DNA of 64,000 nt, from the IMG/VR virus record IMGVR_UViG_3300028628_000004. One strand, written 5' to 3'. This document shows, piece after piece, positions 44,174 to 54,607 of this stretch; position 1 is the stretch's first letter, and the number at the start of each line of letters is the position of its first letter. This DNA is from a virus (taxonomy: Duplodnaviria > Caudoviricetes). The notes beneath the pieces were generated by a model. That model was not told where the DNA came from and made no database searches. It was given only the letters and a program-made list of their open reading frames with translations. The translations under genes were made by a program, and so were the position numbers.

Positions 44174-45301
44174 TTAATTAAATATATCGGCATTTCCTAT
44201 TATATTTAACTTCGGTGTCCCTGCTTTAGAGCTTGTGACTCCCCAGCCGCCTCTTATTGGTATGTCTATTTTTGATCCAAGCTTATTTACTATGATGATT
44301 GAAAATCCAGATTCTTTTTCTTTATGCTCTGCCGAAATATATACTCCCTCTCTTATTTTATTTAAAAGTTCTTTAAAATTCTCGCTACTGTTGGAACTAT
44401 ATAATTTGACATTATTTGCTTTACCAACGGCTACATATATATTTTCTGTTTTGTCAAAATTAAATCCACAAACATCAAGGAAATTTTTTATAAAAGTTTG
44501 ATCTTTTCCGTGCTTATTTATTATATTTGCCATTAAGTTAGATATTGCTTGTCGATATGTGTCTATATCATTTTCGTTGTTTTGTTTCTTAGCTTCTGCT
44601 GCTAATTTTAAATATTTAAGTAGATCTAAAAAAAATGGATCATCTCCCATTTTTTGTTTAACTAACTCTAGCCATTCTCTCCGATTTTTCCCTTTATAAT
44701 CAACAAATAGCTTTAAAAATGCCGTGCCCGTGGAGCTATAAGGTGTAAATGTTTTTGATGCCATAGATTTAAGAGAGTACTCTAATGTTTTTATAACATC
44801 CTCTCTATATTTTTTCTTAACACTTATAGTTATGTCTGCTCTAACTCCGGGTTTTCCTGTTCTCTGAACTTCAATATGTGATATAAAAAGAAAATCTTCT
44901 ATTTTTCTCATTTCATCGAATATAGCCTCTGCTATTAGAGATGCGGATTCTTCTCCGCGTATAATATCTGTTTCGGATATTCCTTTGTTTTTTACTTTTT
45001 GAATGACAGAATCGTTTACGTTTGTTGTTACATTAATATGATTAATTTTTCCGTCTATAAATTTATTGACTATCTTAAATACCGAGAGGACTTCAACATA
45101 TTCTCCGTATGTATATGAGTCCCCATGTCCCTCAGTTAGAGTTTTTGGTATATGTATTACTATTTTCTTATTCCACCCAAATGGAATATTTTTTAAATTT
45201 TTGGTAAATTTTCTGAAGTATTCTTTTATTTTATCAATATTACGATCTATATGGAGTTCCCCCAATAAAATCGCTTCCATTATCCTTCTAACTTCATTCA
45301 T
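44174..45301 (-). CDS. Possible PD-(D/E)XK nuclease
   Basis: E...RADITI...EYSLK. Confidence 0.5.
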   Translation of the reverse strand: MNEVRRIMEAILLGELHIDRNIDKIKEYFRKFTKNLKNIPFGWNKKIVIHIPKTLTEGHGDSYTYGEYVEVLSVFKIVNKFIDGKINHINVTTNVNDSVIQKVKNKGISETDIIRGEESASLIAEAIFDEMRKIEDFLFISHIEVQRTGKPGVRADITISVKKKYREDVIKTLEYSLKSMASKTFTPYSSTGTAFLKLFVDYKGKNRREWLELVKQKMGDDPFFLDLLKYLKLAAEAKKQNNENDIDTYRQAISNLMANIINKHGKDQTFIKNFLDVCGFNFDKTENIYVAVGKANNVKLYSSNSSENFKELLNKIREGVYISAEHKEKESGFSIIIVNKLGSKIDIPIRGGWGVTSSKAGTPKLNIIGNADIFN

Positions 45302-46569
45302 GCTAAATCCCCTATATCAATCGTAAGTAACTGGGTCTTTCTTTGCGTCTTAATATTATACTCAAGTCGAGGAACAACTCTAAAGATAAGCTTCTTGGAG
45401 CCATCAATATTTATGCCGATAAAGTTTACAATGCCGTTTGGTTCTGATTCTACCTTTACAACATACTCATACTTCATATTCTCAATGTCAGCCTTCTTAA
45501 TCTCTTTTATGTCGCTGTCGGTTACGTGTATATATTCTGCTATATCGGTTCCGAATATCTCTCGCTGAATAAAGTCAAAAGTCTTAGACGCAAAAAGACG
45601 AGCATGTGGATCTGTTGTAAACACATCGCTATCAATGCCTTTGATATCACGGGTGAAGGCTACTATAAATTTCTTAAGAAGTGTCTTCAGGTGTGTAAGC
45701 TCAGCCGTCATTTGCTGAACTCTTCTTTCTGACCCACCACCTTCAAACTCATCGTCTTTCTTACTTAGGAACGAATCCTGAATAAGTAGATACTTTCTTA
45801 GGTACGATATAAAGTGTTCTTCATCTGCCCACTTGTCAGGATGCTCGTAGACAAGCTTTTGAGTATCTTTATACTTTCCTGTAAACTCAGTGTCTTTATT
45901 GATGTCGCTTACGAAATCAAGGTCGTAATGCTGTCCCATCTTTAGTATTCCACCGAAGATACTAAGGTTGCTTACGGTCTTGGTATCTGTGCCGGTTTTC
46001 AGAGAAAACGATAGAGTCCCTTTTATTTCCTGTGGAATGCTCGTCTTGGTTCTTGCGTGGATGTCAAGTTTTACATCACCCTTGATCAAGCCGCCTTTGG
46101 TTGCAGATGCTTCGCTACCATCAGCGATTACAACGAACTCTATATCATCTGGCTTGTTGTTGGTCAATATATCAACAATGAAGCTTTGGATTTTCTTTAT
46201 GGTTGATAGATTGGGAACTTTGTTTACGACTGACGCAACCAATGCATCCACTTTTGTATTTGGCTCCAAGTCATCGCCAAACATGCCACCGACATTCTTG
46301 GGGCGTAGGTTTATTTCGACGCTGACTGTAATCTTGTCTTCGGGATCTGCCTGTATGCCAATCAAGTTTGCGTTGTTGGCTGTATTAGACTGAATCGAAA
46401 CTTTCCCTTTGCCACCTTTGAAGTTGGGTGAGGATCTTATGCTGTTAATAGTGTCTGTATCCAACTTACCGTTGGCTATATATGCCCCAACCGCTATAGC
46501 AAATATTCCCTCCATGGTTTCGCCCATGTTGAGTGCTTCATTGAGGACACAGAATGACGAAAAACTCAT
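45298..46569 (-). CDS. Possible PD-(D/E)XK-like protein
   Basis: GETMEGIFA; KGDVKL...SFSLK; N-terminal F..F..LNEA. Confidence 0.5.
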   Translation of the reverse strand: MSFSSFCVLNEALNMGETMEGIFAIAVGAYIANGKLDTDTINSIRSSPNFKGGKGKVSIQSNTANNANLIGIQADPEDKITVSVEINLRPKNVGGMFGDDLEPNTKVDALVASVVNKVPNLSTIKKIQSFIVDILTNNKPDDIEFVVIADGSEASATKGGLIKGDVKLDIHARTKTSIPQEIKGTLSFSLKTGTDTKTVSNLSIFGGILKMGQHYDLDFVSDINKDTEFTGKYKDTQKLVYEHPDKWADEEHFISYLRKYLLIQDSFLSKKDDEFEGGGSERRVQQMTAELTHLKTLLKKFIVAFTRDIKGIDSDVFTTDPHARLFASKTFDFIQREIFGTDIAEYIHVTDSDIKEIKKADIENMKYEYVVKVESEPNGIVNFIGINIDGSKKLIFRVVPRLEYNIKTQRKTQLLTIDIGDLA

Positions 46570-46746
46570 TTATTTCCTTCCGCAGCCGCAGCCGCCTTTT
46601 TTCTTAGCTGGGGTGTTTGGTTTTGGTAATGGGACTGGTGGTGTATTGTTTGGTTTCGCTACTTGCTTTTTAGCAGGCGTTGCTTCTTTGGGTTTGTTAT
46701 CAGATGTAGGTAACGGGCGTCCGTTAATATATCTTTTTATAATCAT
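46570..46746 (-). CDS. 58-aa Pro/Lys-rich protein ending GGCGCGRK
   Basis: Below the ORF-track cutoff; fills the gap exactly (ATGA overlap upstream, TAA-ATG downstream). Confidence 0.7.
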   Translation of the reverse strand: MIIKRYINGRPLPTSDNKPKEATPAKKQVAKPNNTPPVPLPKPNTPAKKKGGCGCGRK

Positions 46747-49700
46747 TGGGCTTGTTGATTTCCTATGGCTTTTATTATTTTATCATCGTATGGATTATCT
46801 TTAACACGATTAATCCAATTGTTTATCGTTCTTGCAGATAGCTTGGTTTTGTCCTTTATTTCTTTTATGTCTATCTTCTTCTTTACAGTTAGGTAGAGGC
46901 GCGATAAACTGTCTAAAGCATCGTTGATGGTTTCTTCAGCTAAGAAATAAGAATCCATTTCTCCTGTTGCAGTTATTTCCTTGAGCTTCGTGACTCTATC
47001 TGCTGGCATATGGAGGGGCGAAGCAATATTACCCTTTAGTTCTATGAGGTTATTCTTTATTACTTCGTCTTGATCGCCACTATCAACCATTTCACTTAAA
47101 TATGGATATGTTGTCTCCCCCGAACCTAAGAGATATTTCTTTATTGCGGTAACGATATTTTTCTCGCTTTCGGCATACTTTGGGTCTTTGGAATTTGTTG
47201 CCGACTGAATAAGCGTATCATAGTTTGGTATTGTCTTTTTCAACTCGGCAATAAACTTCGAATCTATTCTTCCGGTAGACTTTTTCCACTTATCCAACGC
47301 CTGTTTCAGTTGCTTAGCGTCAGAGTTCTTCTTGAGGTCTTCAATATTTCTCTTTTCACGAGCGGCTTTTATTAGATCATCTGGGTTCTTACCAGCAGCC
47401 TTTGCTTTGTTGACTATTTCATTGTATGTTCTTTCCATAGTCTTTTCACTTTGCTGTAACTTACGGAAAGAAGACTTCAACTCTTTATTCATCTCATCGG
47501 CGTTAGATTGTCCCTTTTTAACTAAATCATTAATCTTATCCAACCCTCTCGCAATACCACCATTAAAGGCAGATAATACGCTTCCTGCTTTTTCATTTTC
47601 TTTTGAAACTACCCACGCTACCATTGATAATGCGGTTTTGAAAATAGTGCTAAGGTCAGATATTACATCGGGATTACCCATCATAGAAGCATATGGTTCT
47701 GGTTTCTTATTTTCCGGAAGTTCCTCTGTGGGATTAATTTCTTTTGTCTCAACATCAACTGGTTTATCTTTATCAGGCAATTTTGTTGCTTCTGATTTCA
47801 AATACTTTAGGGCTTCAATGACATCCTTCTTCTTACTGGGATCCTTCTTTATCATATCATCAATGCTTTGGATTATCTTTTGTAGTTCTATATCACTTGC
47901 TTGAAGTTCATTAATAACTTTGAATACTTTTTCATTGAAGGTTTTTCTCATCAAAGTGTTATATTTTTTGGAGTTAAATTCTGCTTGCGAAGCAGAAACA
48001 GAAGTTATCTCGTCTTTTGCTTGGTCAAGAATATGCTGTATAGCCCCATCAGTATCGGGGGTATGCTTAAATTGATTATTTTCCGCTTCTATATCTTGCT
48101 GAATACTCTTTAAATCCAGGGGTTCCTTATTCTGTGCTTTCTTAAGAATTATTTTCTTAATCATATCAGCGGTCCCACCATCAATATTTGTAACTTTAAT
48201 AGAATTGAGTTTATCTTCTAGCTTCTTATTTTGTTCCTGTTTATTCTTCTCAGGATCAACCGCATCCCCAGCGGTTCCTTGGGGAACAGGAGTGTCATTT
48301 TTATCGGACTGCGGCGAATCGCTGCCAAGTTTCTTAATAATATCATCTATGTTTTCAGGAGATAACTTTCTTTCTTTATCTATGGCGTCTGCTAAGGCAA
48401 TAACTTCGGGAGTAAATTCCTGCTTTGGTTCTTCTTGTTTTGGATTTTCTGGCTTAGGTGGCTCTGCTGGTTTATTGGTGTCTGCTGGTGGATTAGCTGG
48501 AGCAGGTTCGGCTTCTACAAGTTTACATGAAAACTTGGATCTTACCAGCGACTCAACAGCTTCTTTCTTGTCGATATTGAGCTTATTATAGATGTCATTA
48601 TACATTTCTATTACCTCATTGTCTTTAAGAGCATGTGGAGGACATACATTTGCCACCCATGTTTGGAAATCTGTTGTCTTAGCCGATTCTCTGGCGGCGG
48701 TTCCGCTCATAACTCTTGGAGTCTGGATGAACGCAACTGCCGAAGTTCCTCTGTCATTTACTTTGAGTGGCAAAGAAGCATGGTCCTGAACCCATAGGTT
48801 GGCATTGAATCTAGCTACATCTTTCTTATAGTCTTCTATTCTGTCTTCACCGGCGAGCCAGCCCGCGACATACATCTTGAGAGGCTCTATTCTTGCCCAT
48901 ATGGCTGATGATGTTGAGGTTGGCAACGGAACTGGAGCCACTGATACGGCTGGATCATTCTTATATATTGCCTGAATAAGTTGCTTCTGTTCTGCTTCAT
49001 TGAGTGGGTTGTCTTCTTTATTCTTGGATGTCTCTCCGCCCTTGACGATGAAGATAAGAACCTTTTCAGCGCCAACTTCTTTGAGTTTGTCCTTAGCAAG
49101 TTGAATCATAGCGTCATGACCACGGTGCCAAGGCTGCGCTCTACCATTCCAGAGTATTACTGGTGTCTGACCTTCGTAATACTTACTGAAGTCGGTTGTT
49201 GGTTTGTTCATGTGAGCAGCGGCGTAAGTGTTCAAGCGTCTTTCCAAGAAGAACTTGAGAATGTAAATCTGGAATATTTCTGGTGGTATGTCTGTTTGAA
49301 TAGCTTCTTCAATCTTTTGGAACTTGTCAATGACAATTTCAATAGCTTTGGTTGTCTTACGGCGGGTGTCTGGATCCAGTGACTTTGCATTTGCTTTGAA
49401 AGCATCTATAATCTTTGTAAGTTCTTCCGTGGCACTCTCAAATACAGCATTTACTTTCTGCTTGGTTTCCTCTGGAGAAGACATTGCCCCAGCGTCTTTG
49501 AGTGACTCGTATAACTTGAAGAGAAACTGAAGTTCCTTCTTCTCAGCGTCTTTTTCGTCACTGGTGAACGACTGAGCGAGCTTCTTAATAGCATTATTCA
49601 GAGCGGCTGGCTGGGCTGTACTCAGCCCAAGAGCATCCTTCAAGAATCTTCCATCGGTTACTTCTTCTAACGACCCAAGATCCATACGAGTTGCCCAAGT

Positions 49701-50633
49701 CTGCTTCTTGAGTTCATCAAATGCCTTGGAGGTTCCTTTGACTTCGAAGATGCTGCCATCAGCTTGCTTGAGACGAAGAACAACGCCTTCTATGGGTGAC
49801 TTTTCGCCAGCCTTGGAGAATATAGATGAAGTCTTCTCCGCATAGGCATCAAGAACACTCTGTAGTTTATCTTTGGCGTCACGAATGGCGTTCTTCAAGT
49901 GAGCCTTCATGGTGGTATTGCCACGGGACTTGAGAACTGTGAGAGCCTCGTCAATTCCTTCTTCAGTTGACAGCATCTCATCAAGGTTATCAATCTTGAA
50001 TTCTATATTTCCAGATAGCTTCGCGTGCTTTTCGTTGGTGTAAATTCTCCAATCAGCGGAATCTGCTGTTTCTATGGCAGCTATAAGCTTATGGTTGGTC
50101 TTTGGATCTGGGCGCTTCCATTGAGCGTTTTCGTCTTTTATCCATGACTTGAATACAACGAACGCTCCGTTCTTACCAAATTTGTTCTTGTCGTAGCGAG
50201 TAGCTACAAAGGTTATATAACCAGTATCGTCGCCAGTGTGGGTCAATACAGGGAATATTTCGGCATCGTAACGGATGGGACCAAACTTGGCTGATATCTT
50301 CTTGAGGGCATTCTGAAGTATAGTGTTCCCAAGGAGAGACTCAAAGCTTGCCTTAAAGTCCCCGAAGAAGTACTCATTGGAAAACTTCTGTCTGTAATTA
50401 TCTACAGTGACTTCTCCCGAGTTCGATGTCTCTATGAAAAATGTCCCATGGTCGTTTATTCCGAAATGACAGAACGCAGAATCCATCTTCTCAACGACAT
50501 CAATGTTCTTGACTTTACTGAGGTCTATCTTTCCCGCCTTTACATAAGGTAATAGTTCTTTGAAAATTTCAAGGAACTCAACATCAGAGTATTCACTCTT
50601 TCCTGAAAATCTGCCTATTCCCTCACGTGGCAT
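46743..50633 (-). CDS. Fusion of RNA-ligase-like domain, cytidyltransferase-like domain and helical C-terminus
   Basis: EKMDS, DAEIF, EGVVLR, EVK; GRAQPWHRGH, NPL, GEDR, MSGT. Confidence 0.7.
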   Translation of the reverse strand: MPREGIGRFSGKSEYSDVEFLEIFKELLPYVKAGKIDLSKVKNIDVVEKMDSAFCHFGINDHGTFFIETSNSGEVTVDNYRQKFSNEYFFGDFKASFESLLGNTILQNALKKISAKFGPIRYDAEIFPVLTHTGDDTGYITFVATRYDKNKFGKNGAFVVFKSWIKDENAQWKRPDPKTNHKLIAAIETADSADWRIYTNEKHAKLSGNIEFKIDNLDEMLSTEEGIDEALTVLKSRGNTTMKAHLKNAIRDAKDKLQSVLDAYAEKTSSIFSKAGEKSPIEGVVLRLKQADGSIFEVKGTSKAFDELKKQTWATRMDLGSLEEVTDGRFLKDALGLSTAQPAALNNAIKKLAQSFTSDEKDAEKKELQFLFKLYESLKDAGAMSSPEETKQKVNAVFESATEELTKIIDAFKANAKSLDPDTRRKTTKAIEIVIDKFQKIEEAIQTDIPPEIFQIYILKFFLERRLNTYAAAHMNKPTTDFSKYYEGQTPVILWNGRAQPWHRGHDAMIQLAKDKLKEVGAEKVLIFIVKGGETSKNKEDNPLNEAEQKQLIQAIYKNDPAVSVAPVPLPTSTSSAIWARIEPLKMYVAGWLAGEDRIEDYKKDVARFNANLWVQDHASLPLKVNDRGTSAVAFIQTPRVMSGTAARESAKTTDFQTWVANVCPPHALKDNEVIEMYNDIYNKLNIDKKEAVESLVRSKFSCKLVEAEPAPANPPADTNKPAEPPKPENPKQEEPKQEFTPEVIALADAIDKERKLSPENIDDIIKKLGSDSPQSDKNDTPVPQGTAGDAVDPEKNKQEQNKKLEDKLNSIKVTNIDGGTADMIKKIILKKAQNKEPLDLKSIQQDIEAENNQFKHTPDTDGAIQHILDQAKDEITSVSASQAEFNSKKYNTLMRKTFNEKVFKVINELQASDIELQKIIQSIDDMIKKDPSKKKDVIEALKYLKSEATKLPDKDKPVDVETKEINPTEELPENKKPEPYASMMGNPDVISDLSTIFKTALSMVAWVVSKENEKAGSVLSAFNGGIARGLDKINDLVKKGQSNADEMNKELKSSFRKLQQSEKTMERTYNEIVNKAKAAGKNPDDLIKAAREKRNIEDLKKNSDAKQLKQALDKWKKSTGRIDSKFIAELKKTIPNYDTLIQSATNSKDPKYAESEKNIVTAIKKYLLGSGETTYPYLSEMVDSGDQDEVIKNNLIELKGNIASPLHMPADRVTKLKEITATGEMDSYFLAEETINDALDSLSRLYLTVKKKIDIKEIKDKTKLSARTINNWINRVKDNPYDDKIIKAIGNQQAQ

Positions 50634-50634
50634 A

Positions 50635-52095
50635 TTATTCTCCCTTCCATTCTACGCCAAGTATTTCAGAGATTGTCTTCATGCCAGTGTTGTAGTCTTC
50701 AATATCAATAGTTCCCTTCTGCTGATCCATCATACGACTGAAGCTTTCCCATATTGCGGGAATCTTGTCGGGCATGGTTTCTTTTACTTTCTCTGCAATC
50801 TTTACTGCCGATGTAAGTTCGTCTTCAGTTGCGCCGGGAATGATAAATGACGCGAGCTTATTGATGTCTGAGAAATCGACAAGGGGCTTCTCATTCAGTT
50901 TTATGGTCTTGCGGGTCTTGACGCCTTCCTTGAACAAATCAATGACTACATATACCCCACCCTTGCCCAACTGGAATCTTCCCGGCTCAAGCGATGTATC
51001 ACCATGTCTGCCAGGAACCCATCCCTTCTTAGCCAGAGTCAGATACTCTTCGTTCTTCTTAAGAGCATCTTTGACCATCTTCTTTTCATTCTCGGTCAGT
51101 TCTCTTTCCCCCAACACCGCACGCATAAGCCACTTCTGAAGTGCCCCCTTGACGCCACGAGAAAGGTCAACAAACGAGCTTGACTGCATAAAGCTTACTT
51201 CACCCGCGTCCGCACCGCCGCCTTTTACGAGGTCAATCTGAATGGTCTTTCCATCTTCCCATACATAAGCCATGAGAATCTCTTCGGCTGATATCTTCGA
51301 CTTGCGATATGCTACCTTGGTTGGATACTTCTGCGAGAGGTATTCACCAATTTGTCGAAGCTCAACGCCTTCCTTGGGAACTATATCAATGTCCAAGTCG
51401 CCATATGACTTCTTTGCTTGTGTGGCTTTTGCCATTATTTGTGGATCTTCTGACTTAAGAAGCTTTACTTCTCTACCAGAGACATATGCGGCGAGACGAG
51501 TTGAACCAAGCCCGAAAGTTGTCTTGTATGATGGATCTAAGAACGGAGATATCTCTTTGAGAAGAGGTTCAACAATTTCATTGAAGACGGCTTTTATTTG
51601 ATCAGAAGGTATTCTGATGTAATGAACATTGGTTGCTCCAGCGGCTTCGAGCTTCTGGATAAGCTCATTCTTCACTGCATTGCCACCTTCTAATAAAACA
51701 GATTCCTTAAGCTTTTTATGAGAGTCAAGATTTTTAATTGCTCTCTTCCATGTTATGTTTCCATTTTTATGAAGGAATCTACTTGTCTTAACAAGTTTCT
51801 TAGTCTTAAGATTGACGGGTAGCAGTTCCTCGTTCGCCCCCCTAAAAAGACCATAGCGAGCGCCATTTTTTCCATGAAGAATATATGTTGGTCCAAACTT
51901 ACCGGATTCCTTGACCTTTTCGTAATGATACTTTCTCTTACCAACTTGGACGCACTTCATTCCTTCACGTGCTGGTTTTCTCCAACGCTCAACGAGAGCT
52001 TCTGGTTGAGAAAGCCATACTTGTATGTCTGACTCAAGTCTGCTCTCAAGAAGCTGTTCTGTTGTTTTAGTGATATTAAAAAATCTCATGGTCAT
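50635..52095 (-). CDS. Pol-beta superfamily nucleotidyltransferase
   Basis: LLEGGNA; LGS; GDLDID; QIDL. Confidence 0.7.
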   Translation of the reverse strand: MTMRFFNITKTTEQLLESRLESDIQVWLSQPEALVERWRKPAREGMKCVQVGKRKYHYEKVKESGKFGPTYILHGKNGARYGLFRGANEELLPVNLKTKKLVKTSRFLHKNGNITWKRAIKNLDSHKKLKESVLLEGGNAVKNELIQKLEAAGATNVHYIRIPSDQIKAVFNEIVEPLLKEISPFLDPSYKTTFGLGSTRLAAYVSGREVKLLKSEDPQIMAKATQAKKSYGDLDIDIVPKEGVELRQIGEYLSQKYPTKVAYRKSKISAEEILMAYVWEDGKTIQIDLVKGGGADAGEVSFMQSSSFVDLSRGVKGALQKWLMRAVLGERELTENEKKMVKDALKKNEEYLTLAKKGWVPGRHGDTSLEPGRFQLGKGGVYVVIDLFKEGVKTRKTIKLNEKPLVDFSDINKLASFIIPGATEDELTSAVKIAEKVKETMPDKIPAIWESFSRMMDQQKGTIDIEDYNTGMKTISEILGVEWKGE

Positions 52096-52156
52096 AGCAT
52101 AGCTCCATAAACTATGCCTTTATTTATATTAATATCTATTTCTGTCCGTGTAATAG

Positions 52157-52828
52157 CTAATTGTTTATATTTCCGTATTTTCTAACTTTATTTAGGTAGT
52201 TTCTGGCATTGGAATCCAGCGATCCCCAAGGACCAGCATTATACATCATCACGGTCGTGTTCCAATTTTTATTACCTCTTCCGTTGTATATATACACAAG
52301 ATACATACAAGCTACTTCTTCATTAAGCTTTGTATCATTTTGCATTTCTTCGTATCTGCGACCACGTAGAGAATCTGGGTATTTTTGCTTCATGTGATTG
52401 AAGGCTATTCGCAAAATTTGAAAAGGACCAATAGCACCCTTTTTGTTATTATTGCCTCCCCTTTTTTTACTAACATACTTTATAGAACCGTCTTCGTTAT
52501 ATGAAGATGAGGATTCTGTCATAAGCTGCCCACGTCTAATCCACAGAGGAACTTTATCTTTAAAGCTATCGTTGTGTTGTTCTATGGCTGCCTGTTTTAC
52601 CCATTGCGGCGTATTTGGGTTGTCTATTTGCAGAATATCGTAATAAAAATCGGGGACATCTAAGTTGTTTCGTATCCTGAAATTATAAGCGTCTTTGATG
52701 AAATCGCTATATGAGTGTTCTAATACCACATAAGTATAACTATCAGTATTCTTAATTCCGTTGTTTGTAAATGACGCTACCATCAAGAGTAATGGAAGAA
52801 TTGCTATGTTAAAAAACAGTTTTTTCAT
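52157..52828 (-). CDS. Secreted SLT-like lytic transglycosylase
   Basis: Signal peptide; TESS; AIGPFQI; YNAGP. Confidence 0.78.
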   Translation of the reverse strand: MKKLFFNIAILPLLLMVASFTNNGIKNTDSYTYVVLEHSYSDFIKDAYNFRIRNNLDVPDFYYDILQIDNPNTPQWVKQAAIEQHNDSFKDKVPLWIRRGQLMTESSSSYNEDGSIKYVSKKRGGNNNKKGAIGPFQILRIAFNHMKQKYPDSLRGRRYEEMQNDTKLNEEVACMYLVYIYNGRGNKNWNTTVMMYNAGPWGSLDSNARNYLNKVRKYGNINN

Positions 52829-52949
52829 ATTTAGGTTTCTATATTGAATTAAGTTATATTTTATGTTATAATAAAGTTTATGACAATGTTATGTATCGTG
52901 AATAGGTATTTATCATATATGTTGGTAAAATAAAGTCAAGGGGTAAATT

Positions 52950-53678
52950 ATGAAGATAGGAATAGGGATTATTTCATACAAAAGACCCGAAGAATGTCTA
53001 TCTGTTTGTCAAGGGGTTTTGAGTACAATTGATAAATCTGTACATAACTATAAGCTAATATGCAGTATTGATCAGGAAGATATCTCAGAATACAAGGAAG
53101 TGTTGAAGATTTTCCCTGTTGTAAATGGTAAGAACGGCGGAGTTGCAGTAAATAAAAATAGAGCATTGTGGAATTTGAGGGATTGTGATGTTATATTTTT
53201 ACTTGAAGATGATTTTAAACCAATATATACTGGATGGGTTGAGTTATACTTAACAGCGTTGAAAGAATCTGGTATGAGACATCTTAATCATATTAGATTG
53301 GACCATAGGGATTTATTGTATAAGGTTATTAGATTGCCATCTGTTACTTTAGGTATATACCAAAGAAACACAGCGCAACTTATGGTGATGACAAAAGAAG
53401 TTATTGAGAAGATAGGAGCTTTTGATATTAGCTATGGAAAGTTTGGATATGAGCATAGTGACTACACAAGAAGGTGTAAGTTGGCTGGACTTTGCTCACC
53501 GGCAAATCACGATGCCCATCCATTTGTGATTGAATCCGACATATACTTTAAAGACCTTGGAACTGCGCCATGTTTCAGTGAAGAAGAAAGAAAGAAATAT
53601 TCCGAAGAAGCTAATAAAATATATATGAAATTTGATCCCAATAAAATATACATACCATTCACAAAGGAGATATTATGA
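52950..53678 (+). CDS. Glycosyltransferase family 2
   Basis: IISYKR; LLEDD; FGYEHSDY. Confidence 0.85.
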   Translation: MKIGIGIISYKRPEECLSVCQGVLSTIDKSVHNYKLICSIDQEDISEYKEVLKIFPVVNGKNGGVAVNKNRALWNLRDCDVIFLLEDDFKPIYTGWVELYLTALKESGMRHLNHIRLDHRDLLYKVIRLPSVTLGIYQRNTAQLMVMTKEVIEKIGAFDISYGKFGYEHSDYTRRCKLAGLCSPANHDAHPFVIESDIYFKDLGTAPCFSEEERKKYSEEANKIYMKFDPNKIYIPFTKEIL

Positions 53679-53866
53679 AGATTATCAATAGACCACAAGC
53701 AGTCGTGACCTTAGAAGATGCTCAGAAGTTACTAACTAAGTTTCTCGAAAAAAAGACGGGAAAAAAGGTAGTTTCTATTGATGTGCCAGAAGCAGCGAGG
53801 GGAATATCATTCACGATTAACTTCGAAGAAGAAATAAGCGATTTCGAGGAATCTAAGAATGCCTAA
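53675..53866 (+). CDS. Small hypothetical protein
   Basis: Overlaps both neighbouring genes. Confidence 0.7.
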   Translation: MKIINRPQAVVTLEDAQKLLTKFLEKKTGKKVVSIDVPEAARGISFTINFEEEISDFEESKNA

Positions 53867-54605
53867 GCCACTTATTGGTATCGGGCTTATAACTTACAAT
53901 AGATCAGCAGCGGCTACGGATGTAGCTGAGTCGATTGTAAACACTCTCGACCGTGACCGTTATGATTACAAGCTTGTTTGTTCGCTGGACCAAACCGACA
54001 CAACCGGATACGAAAAGGTATCACAGTTGATGAATCTAATTCCACATCGCAATTTGGGAATATCTATTAATAAAAGTATTGCCATGATGCATCTTCAAGA
54101 ATGCGATCATCTATTTTTGTTTGAGGATGACTTCAAACCTACGAGAGTTGGATGGGACACTCTATACTTAAATGTCCACCGTGAAACTGGTGTTGGTTTG
54201 TTTAACTACTGTCCAAAGTGGGTTTCAGATAACGAGAAGCGACCAAAGAAGATTATCAAGGTTCCATCTGGGACTGTGATATTCGAACATACACACGTCG
54301 CACAGATAATGTCAATCACAAAGCAGACATTGAGCAAGGTTGGTGCTTTAGATCCCGATTACATAGGGTATGGATTTGAACATTGTGATTATACTCGCAG
54401 ATGTATTTTAGCGGGTGAATTCCCTCGACATGGGTTTCCGTTTATCAAGGAGACATGGGATTACACACAGATGCTTGATGTCCCAAATACAACAAGCGAC
54501 GAGGACAGAAAGCCGCAGATTGACCATAACGGCAGGGTGTATGGGAGAGGCGTCGGGAGAATTTTGATACCATTTACAGAAATAGAAAATAGATTAAGGG
54601 GCTAA
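53859..54605 (+). CDS. Glycosyltransferase family 2, paralog of 52950..53678
   Basis: ITYNR; LFEDD; YGFEHCDY. Confidence 0.85.
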   Translation: MPKPLIGIGLITYNRSAAATDVAESIVNTLDRDRYDYKLVCSLDQTDTTGYEKVSQLMNLIPHRNLGISINKSIAMMHLQECDHLFLFEDDFKPTRVGWDTLYLNVHRETGVGLFNYCPKWVSDNEKRPKKIIKVPSGTVIFEHTHVAQIMSITKQTLSKVGALDPDYIGYGFEHCDYTRRCILAGEFPRHGFPFIKETWDYTQMLDVPNTTSDEDRKPQIDHNGRVYGRGVGRILIPFTEIENRLRG

Positions 54606-54607
54606 TA

